From Eledone cirrhosa (Eukaryota), in assembly GCA_964016885.1 (NCBI GenBank), contig OZ024740.1, forward strand, positions 12,710,001 to 12,774,000: DNA of 64,000 nucleotides, written 5' to 3'. The notes beneath the pieces were generated by a model, which was not told the DNA's origin, did not search any database, and saw only the letters and a list, made by a program, of their open reading frames with translations. Numbering within the stretch: position 1 is the stretch's first letter; each line of letters opens with the position of its first letter. Shown piece after piece: positions 26,801 to 40,800 of the stretch. Both the position numbers and the translations under genes were made by a program.

Positions 26801-29800
26801 TGTCTTGTCTCTAGTCTAATGTCTTGTCTCTAGTCTAATGTCTTGTCTCTAGTCAAATGTCTCTAGTCTAATGTCTTGTCTCTAGTCTAACGTCTTGTCT
26901 CTAGTCTAATGTCTCTGGTCTAATGTCTCTAGTGTAATGTCTTGTCTCTAGTCTAATGTCTTGTCTCTAGTCTAATGTCTTGTCTCTAGTCTAATGTCTC
27001 TAGTCTAATGTCTTGTCTCTAGTCTAATATCTTGTCTCTAGTCTAATGTCTTGTCTCTAGTCTAATATCTTGTCTCTAGTCTAATGTCTTGTCTCTAGTC
27101 TAATGTCTCTAGTCTTATGTCTTGTCTCTAGTCTAACGTCTTGTCTCTAGTCTAATGTCTCTAGTCTAATGTCTTGTCTCTAGTCTAATCTCTTGTCTCT
27201 AGTCTAATGTCTTGTCTCTAGTCTAGTGTCTCTAGTCTAATATCTTGTCTCTAGTCTAATATCTTGTCTCTAGTCTAATGTCTTGTCTCTAGTCTAATGT
27301 CTCTAGTCTAATGTCTTGTTTCTAGTCTAATGTCTCTAGACTAATGTCTTGTCTCTAGTCTAATATCTTGTCTCTAGTCTAATGTCTCTAATCTAATGTC
27401 TTATCTCTAGTCTAATGTCTCTAGTCTAATGTCTTGTCTCTAGTCTAATGTCTCTAGTCTAATGTCTTGTCTCTAGTCTAATATCTTGTCTCTAGTCTAA
27501 TGTCTCTAGTCTAATGTCTCTAGTCTAATGTCTTGTCTCTAGTCTAATATTTTGTCTCTAGTCTAATGTCTCTAGTCTAATGTCTTGTCTCTGGTCTAAT
27601 GTCTCTAGTCTAATGTCTTGTCTCTAGTCTAATGTCTCTAGTCTAATGTCTTGTCTCTAGTCTAATATCTTGTCTCTAGTCTAATGTCTCTAGTCTAATG
27701 TCTTGTCTCTAGTCTAATGTCTTGTCTCTAGTCTAATATCTTGTCTCAAGTCTAATGTCTCTAGTCTAATGTCTTGTCTCTAGTCTAATATCTTGTCTCT
27801 AGTCTAATGTCTCTAGTCTAATGTCTTGTCTCTAGTCTAATATCTTGTCTCTAGTCTAATGTCTCTAGTCTAATGTCTCTAGTCTAATGTCTTGTCTCTA
27901 GTCTAATATTTTGTCTCTTGTCTAATGTCTCTAGTCTAATGTCTTGTCTCTAGTCTAATGTCTTGTCTCTAGTCTAATGTCTCTAGTCTAATGTCTTGTC
28001 TCTAGTCTAATGTCTCTAGTCTAATGTCTTGTCTCTAGTCTAATATCTTGTCTCTAGTCTAATGTCTCTAGTCTAATGTCTCTAGTCTAATGTCTTGTCT
28101 CTAGTCTAATATCTTGTCTCTAGTCTAATGTCTCTAGTCTAATGTCTTGTCTCTAGTCTAATGTCTCTAGTCTAATGTCTTGTCTCTAGTCTAATGTCTC
28201 TAGTCTAATGTCTTGTCTCTAGTCTAATATCTTGTCTCTAGTCTAATGTCTCTAGTCTAATGTCTTGTCTCTAGTCTAATGTCTTGTCTCTAGCCTAATA
28301 TCTTGTCTCTAGTCTAATGTCTCTAGTCTAATGTCTTGTCTCTAGTCTAATATCTTGTCTCTAGTCTAATGTCTCTAGTCTAATGTCTTGTCTCTAGTCT
28401 AATATCTTGTCTCTAGTCTAATGTCTCTAGTCTAATGTCTTGTCTCTAGTCTAATGTCTTGTCTCTAGTCTAATGTCTTGTCTCTAGTCAAATGTCTCTA
28501 GTCTAATGTCTTGTCTCTAGTCTAACGTCTTGTCTCTAGTCTAATGTCTCTGGTCTAATGTCTCTAGTGTAATGTCTTGTCTCTAGTCTAATGTCTTGTC
28601 TCTAGTCTAATGTCTTGTCTCTAGTCTAATGTCTCTAGTCTAATGTCTTGTCTCTAGTCTAATATCTTGTCTCTAGTCTAATGTCTTGTCTCTAGTCTAA
28701 TATCTTGTCTCTAGTCTAATGTCTTGTCTCTAGTCTAATGTCTCTAGTCTTATGTCTTGTCTCTAGTCTAACGTCTTGTCTCTAGTCTAATGTCTCTAGT
28801 CTAATGTCTTGTCTCTAGTCTAATCTCTTGTCTCTAGTCTAATGTCTTGTCTCTAGTCTAGTGTCTCTAGTCTAATATCTTGTCTCTAGTCTAATATCTT
28901 GTCTCTAGTCTAATGTCTTGTCTCTAGTCTAATGTCTCTAGTCTAATGTCTTGTTTCTAGTCTAATGTCTCTAGACTAATGTCTTGTCTCTAGTCTAATA
29001 TCTTGTCTCTAGTCTAATGTCTCTAGTCTAATGTCTTATCTCTAGTCTAATGTCTCTAGTCTAATGTCTTGTCTCTAGTCTAATGTCTCTAGTCTAATGT
29101 CTTGTCTCTAGTCTAATATCTTGTCTCTAGTCTAATGTCTCTAGTCTAATGTCTCTAGTCTAATGTCTTGTCTCTAGTCTAATATTTTGTCTCTAGTCTA
29201 ATGTCTCTAGTCTAATGTCTTGTCTCTGGTCTAATGTCTCTAGTCTAATGTCTTGTCTCTAGTCTAATGTCTCTAGTCTAATGTCTTGTCTCTAGTCTAA
29301 TATCTTGTCTCTAGTCTAATGTCTCTAGTCTAATGTCTTGTCTCTAGTCTAATGTCTTGTCTCTAGTCTAATATCTTGTCTCAAGTCTAATGTCTCTAGT
29401 CTAATGTCTTGTCTCTAGTCTAATATCTTGTCTCTAGTCTAATGTCTCTAGTCTAATGTCTTGTCTCTAGTCTAATATCTTGTCTCTAGTCTAATGTCTC
29501 TAGTCTAATGTCTTGTCTCTAGTCTAATGTCTTGTCTCTAGTCTAATGTCTTGTCTCTAGTCTAATGTCTCTAGTCTAATATCTTGTCTCTAGTCTAATG
29601 TCTTGACTCTAGTCTAATGTCTCTAGTCTAATGTCTTGTCTCTAGTCTAACGTCTTGTCTCTAGTCTAATTTCTCTAGTGTAATGTCTTGTCTCTAGTCT
29701 AATGTCTTGTCTCTAGTCTAACGTCTTGTCTCTAGTCTAATGTCTCTAGTCTAATATCTTGTCTCTAGTCTAATGTCTCTAGTGTAATATCTTGTCACTA

Positions 29801-30133
29801 GTCCAATGTATCTAGTCTAATATATTGTCTCTAGTCTAACGTCTTGTCTCTAGTCTAATGTCTCTAGTCTAATATCTTGTCTCTAGTCTAATGTCTCTAG
29901 TCTAAAATCTTGTCACTAGTCTAATGTCTCTAGTCTAATGTCTTGTCTCTAGTCTAATGTCTTGTCTCTAGTCTAATGTCTTGTCTCTAGTCTAATGTCT
30001 CTAGTCTAATGTCTTGTCTCTAGTCTAATATCTTGTCTCTAGTCTAATGTCTTGTCTCTAGTCTAATGTCTCTAGTCTAATGTCTTGTTTCTAGTCTAAT
30101 GTCTCTAGTCTAATGTCTTGTCTCTAGTCTAAT
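23880..30133. repeat. Triplicated segment: ~2.3 kb block repeated at a 3,960-bp offset with a truncated copy between (2,325 + 1,635 bp)
   Basis: Printed lines 23941-26160 match lines 27901-30120 (offset 3960). CAAATG markers are at 24529, 26854 and 28489. Confidence 0.88.
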
Positions 30134-33100
30134 ATCTTGTCTCTAGTCTAATGTCTTGTCTCTAGTCTAATGTCTCTAGTCTTATGTCTTGTCTCTAGTC
30201 TAACGTCTTGTCTCTAGTCTAATGTCTCTAGTCTAATGTCTTGTCTCTAGTCTAATCTCTTGTCTCTAGTCTAATGTCTTGTCTCTAGTCTAGTGTCCCT
30301 AGTCTAATATCTTGTCTCTAGTCTAATATCTTGTCTCTAGTCTAATGTCTTGTCTCTAGTCTAATGTCTCTAGTCTAATGTCTTGTTTCTAGTCTAATGT
30401 CTCTAGACTAATGTCTTGTCTCTAGTCTAATATCTTGTCTCTAGTCTAATGTCTCTAGTCTAATGTCTTATCTCTAGTCTAATGTCTCTAGTCTAATGTC
30501 TTGTCTCTAGTCTAATGTCTCTAGTCTAATGTCTTGTCTCTAGTCTAATATCTTGTCTCTAGTCTAATGTCTCTAGTCTAATGTCTCTAGTCTAATGTCT
30601 TGTCTCTAGTCTAATATTTTGTCTCTAGTCTAATGTCTCTAGTCTAATGTCTTGTCTCTGGTCTAATGTCTCTAGTCTAATGTCTTGTCTCTAGTCTAAT
30701 GTCTCTAGTCTAATGTCTTGTCTCTAGTCTAATATCTTGTCTCTAGTCTAATGTCTCTAGTCTAATGTCTTGTCTCTAGTCTAATGTCTTGTCTCTAGTC
30801 TAATATCTTGTCTCAAGTCTAATGTCTCTAGTCTAATGTCTTGTCTCTAGTCTAATATCTTGTCTCTAGTCTAATGTCTCTAGTCTAATGTCTTGTCTCT
30901 AGTCTAATATCTTGTCTCTAGTCTAATGTCTCTAGTCTAATGTCTTGTCTCTAGTCTAATGTCTTGTCTCTAGTCTAATGTCTTGTCTCTAGTCTAATGT
31001 CTCTAGTCTAATATCTTGTCTCTAGTCTAATGTCTTGACTCTAGTCTAATGTCTCTAGTCTAATGTCTTGTCTCTAGTCTAACGTCTTGTCTCTAGTCTA
31101 ATTTCTCTAGTGTAATGTCTTGTCTCTAGTCTAATGTCTTGTCTCTAGTCTAACGTCTTGTCTCTAGTCTAATGTCTCTAGTCTAATATCTTGTCTCTAG
31201 TCTAATGTCTCTAGTGTAATATCTTGTCACTAGTCCAATGTATCTAGTCTAATATATTGTCTCTAGTCTAACGTCTTGTCTCTAGTCTAATGTCTCTAGT
31301 CTAATATCTTGTCTCTAGTCTAATGTCTCTAGTCTAAAATCTTGTCACTAGTCTAATGTCTCTAGTCTAATGTCTTGTCTCTAGTCTAATGTCTTGTCTC
31401 TAGTCTAATGTCTTGTCTCTAGTCTAATGTCTCTAGTCTAATGTCTTGTCTCTAGTCTAATATCTTGTCTCTAGTCTAATGTCTTGTCTCTAGTCTAATG
31501 TCTCTAGTCTAATGTCTTGTTTCTAGTCTAATGTCTCTAGTCTAATGTCTTGTCTCTAGTCTAATATCTTGTCTCTAGTCTAATGTCTCGAGTCTAATGT
31601 CTTGTCTCTAGTCTAATGTCTTGTGTCTAGTCTAATATCTTGTCTCTAGTCTAATGTCTTGTCTCTAGTCTAATATCTTGTCTCTAGTCTAATGTCTCTA
31701 GTCTAATGTCTTGTCTCTAGTCTAATGTCTCTAGTCTAATGTCTTGTCTCTAGTCTAATATCTTGTCTCTAGTCTAATGTCTCTAGTCTAATGTCTCTAG
31801 TCTAATGTCTTGTCTCTAGTCTAATATCTTGTCTCTAGTCTAATGTCTCTAGTCTAATGTCTTGTTTCTAGTCTAATGTGTCTAGTCTAATGTCTCTAGT
31901 CTAATGTCTTGTCTCTAGTCTAATATCTTGTCTCTAGTCTAATGTCTCTAGTCTAATGTCTTGTCTCTAGTCTAATGTCTTGTCTCTAGCCTAATATCTT
32001 GTCTCTAGTCTAATGTCTCTAGTCTAATGTCTTGTCTCTAGTCTAATATCTTGTCTCTAGTCTAATGTCTCTAGTCTAATGTCTTGTCTCTAGTCTAATA
32101 TCTTGTCTCTAGTCTAATGTCTCTAGTCTAATGTCTTGTCTCTAGTCTAATGTCTTGTCTCTAGTCTAATGTCTTGTCTCTAGTCAAATGTCTCTAGTCT
32201 AATGTCTTGTCTCTAGTCTAACGTCTTGTCTCTAGTCTAATGTCTCTGGTCTAATGTCTCTAGTGTAATGTCTTGTCTCTAGTCTAATGTCTTGTCTCTA
32301 GTCTAATGTCTTGTCTCTAGTCTAATGTCTCTAGTCTAATGTCTTGTCTCTAGTCTAATATCTTGTCTCTAGTCTAATGTCTTGTCTCTAGTCTAATGTC
32401 TCTAGTCTAATGTCTTGTTTCTAGTCTAATGTCTCTAGTCTAATGTCTTGTCTCTAGTCTAATATCTTGTCTCTAGTCTAATGTCTTGTCTCTAGTCTAA
32501 TGTCTCTAGTCTTATGTCTTGTCTCTAGTCTAACGTCTTGTCTCTAGTCTAATGTCTCTAGTCTAATGTCTTGTCTCTAGTCTAATCTCTTGTCTCTAGT
32601 CTAATGTCTTGTCTCTAGTCTAGTGTCTCTAGTCTAATATCTTGTCTCTAGTCTAATATCTTGTCTCTAGTCTAATGTCTTGTCTCTAGTCTAATGTCTC
32701 TAGTCTAATGTCTTGTTTCTAGTCTAATGTCTCTAGACTAATGTCTTGTCTCTAGTCTAATATCTTGTCTCTAGTCTAATGTCTCTAGTCTAATGTCTTA
32801 TCTCTAGTCTAATGTCTCTAGTCTAATGTCTTGTCTCTAGTCTAATGTCTCTAGTCTAATGTCTTGTCTCTAGTCTAATATCTTGTCTCTAGTCTAATGT
32901 CTCTAGTCTAATGTCTCTAGTCTAATGTCTTGTCTCTAGTCTAATATTTTGTCTCTAGTCTAATGTCTCTAGTCTAATGTCTTGTCTCTGGTCTAATGTC
33001 TCTAGTCTAATGTCTTGTCTCTAGTCTAATGTCTCTAGTCTAATGTCTTGTCTCTAGTCTAATATCTTGTCTCTAGTCTAATGTCTCTAGTCTAATGTCT

Positions 33101-34852
33101 TGTCTCTAGTCTAATGTCTTGTCTCTAGTCTAATATCTTGTCTCAAGTCTAATGTCTCTAGTCTAATGTCTTGTCTCTAGTCTAATATCTTGTCTCTAGT
33201 CTAATGTCTCTAGTCTAATGTCTTGTCTCTAGTCTAATATCTTGTCTCTAGTCTAATGTCTCTAGTCTAATGTCTTGTCTCTAGTCTAATGTCTTGTCTC
33301 TAGTCTAATGTCTTGTCTCTAGTCTAATGTCTCTAGTCTAATATCTTGTCTCTAGTCTAATGTCTTGACTCTAGTCTAATGTCTCTAGTCTAATGTCTTG
33401 TCTCTAGTCTAACGTCTTGTCTCTAGTCTAATTTCTCTAGTGTAATGTCTTGTCTCTAGTCTAATGTCTTGTCTCTAGTCTAACGTCTTGTCTCTAGTCT
33501 AATGTCTCTAGTCTAATATCTTGTCTCTAGTCTAATGTCTCTAGTGTAATATCTTGTCACTAGTCCAATGTATCTAGTCTAATATATTGTCTCTAGTCTA
33601 ACGTCTTGTCTCTAGTCTAATGTCTCTAGTCTAATATCTTGTCTCTAGTCTAATGTCTCTAGTCTAAAATCTTGTCACTAGTCTAATGTCTCTAGTCTAA
33701 TGTCTTGTCTCTAGTCTAATGTCTTGTCTCTAGTCTAATGTCTTGTCTCTAGTCTAATGTCTCTAGTCTAATGTCTTGTCTCTAGTCTAATATCTTGTCT
33801 CTAGTCTAATGTCTTGTCTCTAGTCTAATGTCTCTAGTCTAATGTCTTGTTTCTAGTCTAATGTCTCTAGTCTAATGTCTTGTCTCTAGTCTAATATCTT
33901 GTCTCTAGTCTAATGTCTCGAGTCTAATGTCTTGTCTCTAGTCTAATGTCTTGTGTCTAGTCTAATATCTTGTCTCTAGTCTAATGTCTTGTCTCTAGTC
34001 TAATATCTTGTCTCTAGTCTAATGTCTCTAGTCTAATGTCTTGTCTCTAGTCTAATGTCTCTAGTCTAATGTCTTGTCTCTAGTCTAATATCTTGTCTCT
34101 AGTCTAATGTCTCTAGTCTAATGTCTCTAGTCTAATGTCTTGTCTCTAGTCTAATATCTTGTCTCTAGTCTAATGTCTCTAGTCTAATGTCTTGTTTCTA
34201 GTCTAATGTGTCTAGTCTAATGTCTCTAGTCTAATGTCTTGTCTCTAGTCTAATATCTTGTCTCTAGTCTAATGTCTCTAGTCTAATGTCTTGTCTCTAG
34301 TCTAATGTCTTGTCTCTAGCCTAATATCTTGTCTCTAGTCTAATGTCTCTAGTCTAATGTCTTGTCTCTAGTCTAATATCTTGTCTCTAGTCTAATGTCT
34401 CTAGTCTAATGTCTTGTCTCTAGTCTAATATCTTGTCTCTAGTCTAATGTCTCTAGTCTAATGTCTTGTCTCTAGTCTAATGTCTTGTCTCTAGTCTAAT
34501 GTCTTGTCTCTAGTCAAATGTCTCTAGTCTAATGTCTTGTCTCTAGTCTAACGTCTTGTCTCTAGTCTAATGTCTCTGGTCTAATGTCTCTAGTGTAATG
34601 TCTTGTCTCTAGTCTAATGTCTTGTCTCTAGTCTAATGTCTTGTCTCTAGTCTAATGTCTCTAGTCTAATGTCTTGTCTCTAGTCTAATATCTTGTCTCT
34701 AGTCTAATGTCTTGTCTCTAGTCTAATGTCTCTAGTCTAATGTCTTGTTTCTAGTCTAATGTCTCTAGTCTAATGTCTTGTCTCTAGTCTAATATCTTGT
34801 CTCTAGTCTAATGTCTTGTCTCTAGTCTAATGTCTCTAGTCTTATGTCTTGT
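29936..34852. repeat. Near-perfect 2,330-bp tandem duplication (about 2.1 copies of type B unit)
   Basis: CTTATG at 30181/32511/34841, CTCGAG at 31587/33917 and CAAATG at 32185/34515, all at offset 2330. One difference noticed: GTCCCT near 30295 vs GTCTCT in the second copy. Confidence 0.92.
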
Positions 34853-37800
34853 TTCTAGTCTAACGTCTTGTCTCTAGACTAATATCTTGTCTCTAGTCTA
34901 ATATCTCTAGTCTAATATCTTGTCACTAGTCTAATGTCTCTAGTCTAATATCTTGTCTCTAGTCTAACGTCTTGTCTCTAGTCTAATGTCTCTAGTCTAA
35001 TATCTTGTCTCTAGTCTAATGTCTCTAGTCTGATATCTTGTCACTAGTCTAATGTCTCTAGTCTAATGTCTTGTCTCTAGTCTAATGTCTTGTCTCTAGT
35101 ATAATGTCTCTAGTCTAATGTCTTGTCTCTAGTCTAATATCTTGTCTCTAGTCTAATATCTTGTCTCTAGTCTAATGTCTCTAGTCTAATGTCTTGTTTC
35201 TAGTCTAATGTCTCTAGTCTAATGTCTTGTCTCTAGTCTAATATCTTGTCTCTAGTCTAATGTCTTGTCTCTAGTCTAATGTCTCTAGTCTAATGTCTTG
35301 TCTCTAGTCTAATATCTTGTCTCTAGTCTAATGTCTTGTCTCTAGTCTAATGTCTCTAGTCTAATGTCTTGTTTCTAGTCTAATGTCTCTAGTCTAATGT
35401 CTTGTCTCTAGTCTAATATCTTGTCTCTAGTCTAATGTCTCTAGTCTAATGTCTTGTCTCTAGTCTAATGTCTCTAGTCTAATGTCTTGTCTCTAGTCTA
35501 ATATCTTGTCTCTAGTCCAATGTCTTGTCTCTAGTCTAATGTCTCTAGTCTAATATCTTGTCTCTAGTCTAATGTCTTGTCTCTAGTCTAATGTCTCTAG
35601 TCTAATATCTTGTCTCTAGTCTAATATCTTGTCTCTAGTCTAATGTCTTGTCTCTAGTCTAACGTCTTGTCTCTAGTCTAATTTCTCTAGAGTAATGTCT
35701 TGTCTCTAGTCTAATGTCTTGTCTCTAGTCTAACGTCTTGTCTCTAGTCTAATGCCTCTAGTCTAATATCTTGTCTCTAGTCTAATGTCTCTAGTCTAAT
35801 ATCTTGTCACTAGTCCAATGTCTCTAGTCTAATATATTGTCTCTAGTCTAATATCTTGTCTCTAGTCTCATGTCTCTAGTCTAATGTCTTGTCTCTAGTC
35901 TAATGTCTCTAGTCTAATGTCTTGTCTCTAGTCTAATATCTTGTCTCTAGTCTAATGTCTTGTCTCTAGTCTAATATCTTGTCTCTAGTCTAATGTCTCT
36001 AGTCTAATGTCTTATCTCTAGTCTAATGTCTCTAGTCTAATGTCTTGTCTCTAGTCTAATGTCTCTAGTCTAATGTCTTGTCTCTAGTCTAATATCTTGT
36101 CTCTAGTCTAATGTCTCTAGTCTAATGTCTCTAGTCTAATGTCTTGTCTCTAGTCTAATATTTTGTCTCTAGTCTAATGTCTCTAGTCTAATGTCTTGTC
36201 TCTAGTCTAATGTCTCTAGTCTAATGTCTTGTCTCTAGTCTAATGTCTCTAGTCTAATGTCTTGTCTCTAGTCTAATATCTTGTCTCTAGTCTAATGTCT
36301 CTAGTCTAATGTCTCTAGTCTAATGTCTTGTCTCTAGTCTAATATCTTGTCTCTAGTCTAATGTCTCTAGTCTAATGTCTTGTCTCTAGTCTAATGTCTC
36401 TAGTCTAATGTCTTGTCTCTAGTCTAATGTCTCTAGTCTAATGTCTTGTCTCTAGTCTAATATCTTGTCTCTAGTCTAATGTCTCTAGTCTAATGTCTTG
36501 TCTCTAGTCTAATGTCTTGTCTCTAGCCTAATATCTTGTCTCTAGTCTAATGTCTCTAGTCTAATGTCTTGTCTCTAGTCTAATATCTTGTCTCTAGTCT
36601 AATGTCTCTAGTCTAATGTCTTGTCTCTAGTCTAATATCTTGTCTCTAGTCTAATGTCTCTAGTCTAATGTCTTGTCTCTAGTCTAATGTCTTGTCTCTA
36701 GTCTAATGTCTTGTCTCTAGTCTAATGTCTTGTCTCTAGTCAAATGTCTCTAGTCTAATGTCTTGTCTCTAGTCTAACGTCTTGTCTCTAGTCTAATGTC
36801 TCTGGTCTAATGTCTCTAGTGTAATGTCTTGTCTCTAGTCTAATGTCTTGTCTCTAGTCTAATGTCTTGTCTCTAGTCTAATGTCTCTAGTCTAATGTCT
36901 TGTCTCTAGTCTAATATCTTGTCTCTAGTCTAATGTCTTGTCTCTAGTCTAATGTCTCTAGTCTAATGTCTTGTTTCTAGTCTAATGTCTCTAGTCTAAT
37001 GTCTTGTCTCTAGTCTAATATCTTGTCTCTAGTCTAATGTCTTGTCTCTAGTCTAATGTCTCTAGTCTTATGTCTTGTCTCTAGTCTAACGTCTTGTCTC
37101 TAGTCTAATGTCTCTAGTCTAATATCTTGTCTCTAGTCTAATGTCTCTAGTCTAATGTCTTGTCTCTAGTCTAATGTCTTGTCTCTAGTCTAATGTCTTG
37201 TCTCTAGTCTAATGTCTCTAGTCTAATATCTTGTCTCTAGTCTAATGTCTTGACTCTAGTCTAATGTCTCTAGTCTAATGTCTTGTCTCTAGTCTAACGT
37301 CTTGTCTCTAGTCTAATTTCTCTAGTGTAATGTCTTGTCTCTAGTCTAATGTCTTGTCTCTAGTCTAACGTCTTGTCTCTAGTCTAATGTCTCTAGTCTA
37401 ATATCTTGTCTCTAGTCTAATGTCTCTAGTCTAATGTCTTGTCTCTAGTCTAATGTCTTGTCTCTAGTCTAATGTCTTGTCTCTAGTCTAATGTCTCTAG
37501 TCTAATGTCTTGTCTCTAGTCTAATATCTTGTCTCTAGTCTAATGTCTTGTCTCTAGTCTAATGTCTCTAGTCTAATGTCTTGTTTCTAGTCTAATGTCT
37601 CTAGTCTAATGTCTTGTCTCTAGTCTAATATCTTGTCTCTAGTCTAATGTCTCGAGTCTAATGTCTTGTCTCTAGTCTAATGTCTTGTGTCTAGTCTAAT
37701 ATCTTGTCTCTAGTCTAATGTCTTGTCTCTAGTCTAATATCTTGTCTCTAGTCTAATGTCTCTAGTCTAATGTCTTGTCTCTAGTCTAATGTCTCTAGTC

Positions 37801-40800
37801 TAATGTCTTGTCTCTAGTCTAATATCTTGTCTCTAGTCTAATGTCTCTAGTCTAATGTCTCTAGTCTAATGTCTTGTCTCTAGTCTAATATCTTGTCTCT
37901 AGTCTAATGTCTCTAGTCTAATGTCTTGTTTCTAGTCTAATGTGTCTAGTCTAATGTCTCTAGTCTAATGTCTTGTCTCTAGTCTAATATCTTGTCTCTA
38001 GTCTAATGTCTCTATTCTAATGTCTTGTCTCTAGTCTAATGTCTTGTCTCTAGCCTAATATCTTGTCTCTAGTCTAATGTCTCTAGTCTAATGTCTTGTC
38101 TCTAGTCTAATATCTTGTCTCTAGTCTAATGTCTCTAGTCTAATGTCTTGTCTCTAGTCTAATATCTTGTCTCTAGTCTAATGTCTCTAGTCTAATGTCT
38201 TGTCTCTAGTCTAATGTCCTGTCTCTAGTCTAATGTCTTGTCTCTAGTCAAATGTCTCTAGTCTAATGTCTTGTCTCTAGTCTAACGTCTTGTCTCTAGT
38301 CTAATGTCTCTGGTCTAATGTCTCTAGTGTAATGTCTTGTCTCTAGTCTAATGTCTTGTCTCTAGTCTAATGTCTTGTCTCTAGTCTAATGTCTCTAGTC
38401 TAATGTCTTGTCTCTAGTCTAATATCTTGTCTCTAGTCTAATGTCTTGTCTCTAGTCTAATGTCTCTAGTCTAATGTCTTGTTTCTAGTCTAATGTCTCT
38501 AGTCTAATGTCTTGTCTCTAGTCTAATATCTTGTCTCTAGTCTAATGTCTTGTCTCTAGTCTAATGTCTCTAGTCTTATGTCTTGTTTCTAGTCTAACGT
38601 CTTGTCTCTAGACTAATATCTTGTCTCTAGTCTAATATCTCTAGTCTAATATCTTGTCACTAGTCTAATGTCTCTAGTCTAATATCTTGTCTCTAGTCTA
38701 ACGTCTTGTCTCTAGTCTAATGTCTCTAGTCTAATATCTTGTCTCTAGTCTAATGTCTCTAGTCTGATATCTTGTCACTAGTCTAATGTCTCTAGTCAAA
38801 TGTCTTGTCTCTAGTCTAATGTCTTGTCTCTAGTATAATGTCTCTAGTCTAATGTCTTGTCTCTAGTCTAATATCTTGTCTCTAGTCTAATATCTTGTCT
38901 CTAGTCTAATGTCTCTAGTCTAATGTCTTGTTTCTAGTCTAATGTCTCTAGTCTAATGTCTTGTCTCTAGTCTAATATCTTGTCTCTAGTCTAATGTCTT
39001 GTCTCTAGTCTAATGTCTCTAGTCTAATGTCTTGTCTCTAGTCTAATATCTTGTCTCTAGTCTAATGTCTTGTCTCTAGTCTAATGTCTCTAGTCTAATG
39101 TCTTGTTTCTAGTCTAATGTCTCTAGTCTAATGTCTTGTCTCTAGTCTAATATCTTGTCTCTAGTCTAATGTCTCTAGTCTAATGTCTTGTCTCTAGTCT
39201 AATGTCTCTAGTCTAATGTCTTGTCTCTAGTCTAATATCTTGTCTCTAGTCCAATGTCTTGTCTCTAGTCTAATGTCTCTAGTCTAATATCTTGTCTCTA
39301 GTCTAATGTCTTGTCTCTAGTCTAATGTCTCTAGTCTAATATCTTGTCTCTAGTCTAATATCTTGTCTCTAGTCTAATGTCTTGTCTCTAGTCTAACGTC
39401 TTGTCTCTAGTCTAATTTCTCTAGTGTAATGTCTTGTCTCTAGTCTAATGTCTTGTCTCTAGTCTAACGTCTTGTCTCTAGTCTAATGTCTCTAGTCTAA
39501 TATCTTGTCTCTAGTCTAATGTCTCTAGTCTAATATCTTGTCACTAGTCCAATGTCTCTAGTCTAATATATTGTCTCTAGTCTAATATCTTGTCTCTAGT
39601 CTAATGTCTCTAGTCTAATGTCTTGTCTCTAGTCTAATGTCTCTAGTCTAATGTCTTGTCTCTAGTCTAATATCTTGTCTCTAGTCTAATGTCTTGTCTC
39701 TAGTCTAATATCTTGTCTCTAGTCTAATGTCTCTAGTCTAATGTCTTATCTCTAGTCTAATGTCTCTAGTCTAATGTCTTGTCTCTAGTCTAATGTCTCT
39801 AGTCTAATGTCTTGTCTCTAGTCTAATATCTTGTCTCTAGTCTAATGTCTCTAGTCTAATGTCTCTAGTCTAATGTCTTGTCTCTAGTCTAATATTTTGT
39901 CTCTTGTCTAATGTCTCTAGTCTAATGTCTTGTCTCTAGTCTAATGTCTTGTCTCTAGTCTAATGTCTCTAGTCTAATGTCTTGTCTCTAGTCTAATGTC
40001 TCTAGTCTAATGTCTTGTCTCTAGTCTAATATCTTGTCTCTAGTCTAATGTCTCTAGTCTAATGTCTCTAGTCTAATGTCTTGTCTCTAGTCTAATATCT
40101 TGTCTCTAGTCTAATGTCTCTAGTCTAATGTCTTGTCTCTAGTCTAATGTCTCTAGTCTAATGTCTTGTCTCTAGTCTAATGTCTCTATTCTAATGTCTT
40201 GTCTCTAGTCTAATATCTTGTCTCTAGTCTAATGTCTCTAGTCTAATGTCTTGTCTCTAGTCTAATGTCTTGTCTCTAGCCTAATATCTTGTCTCTAGTC
40301 TAATGTCTCTAGTCTAATGTCTTGTCTCTAGTCTAATATCTTGTCTCTAGTCTAATGTCTCTAGTCTAATGTCTTGTCTCTAGTCTAATATCTTGTCTCT
40401 AGTCTAATGTCTCTAGTCTAATGTCTTGTCTCTAGTCTAATGTCTTGTCTCTAGTCTAATGTCTTGTCTCTAGTCAAATGTCTCTAGTCTAATGTCTTGT
40501 CTCTAGTCTAACGTCTTGTCTCTAGTCTAATGTCTCTGGTCTAATGTCTCTAGTGTAATGTCTTGTCTCTAGTCTAATGTCTTGTCTCTAGTCTAATGTC
40601 TTGTCTCTAGTCTAATGTCTCTAGTCTAATGTCTTGTCTCTAGTCTAATATCTTGTCTCTAGTCTAATGTCTTGTCTCTAGTCTAATGTCTCTAGTCTAA
40701 TGTCTTGTTTCTAGTCTAATGTCTCTAGTCTAATGTCTTGTCTCTAGTCTAATATCTTGTCTCTAGTCTAATGTCTTGTCTCTAGTCTAATGTCTCTAGT

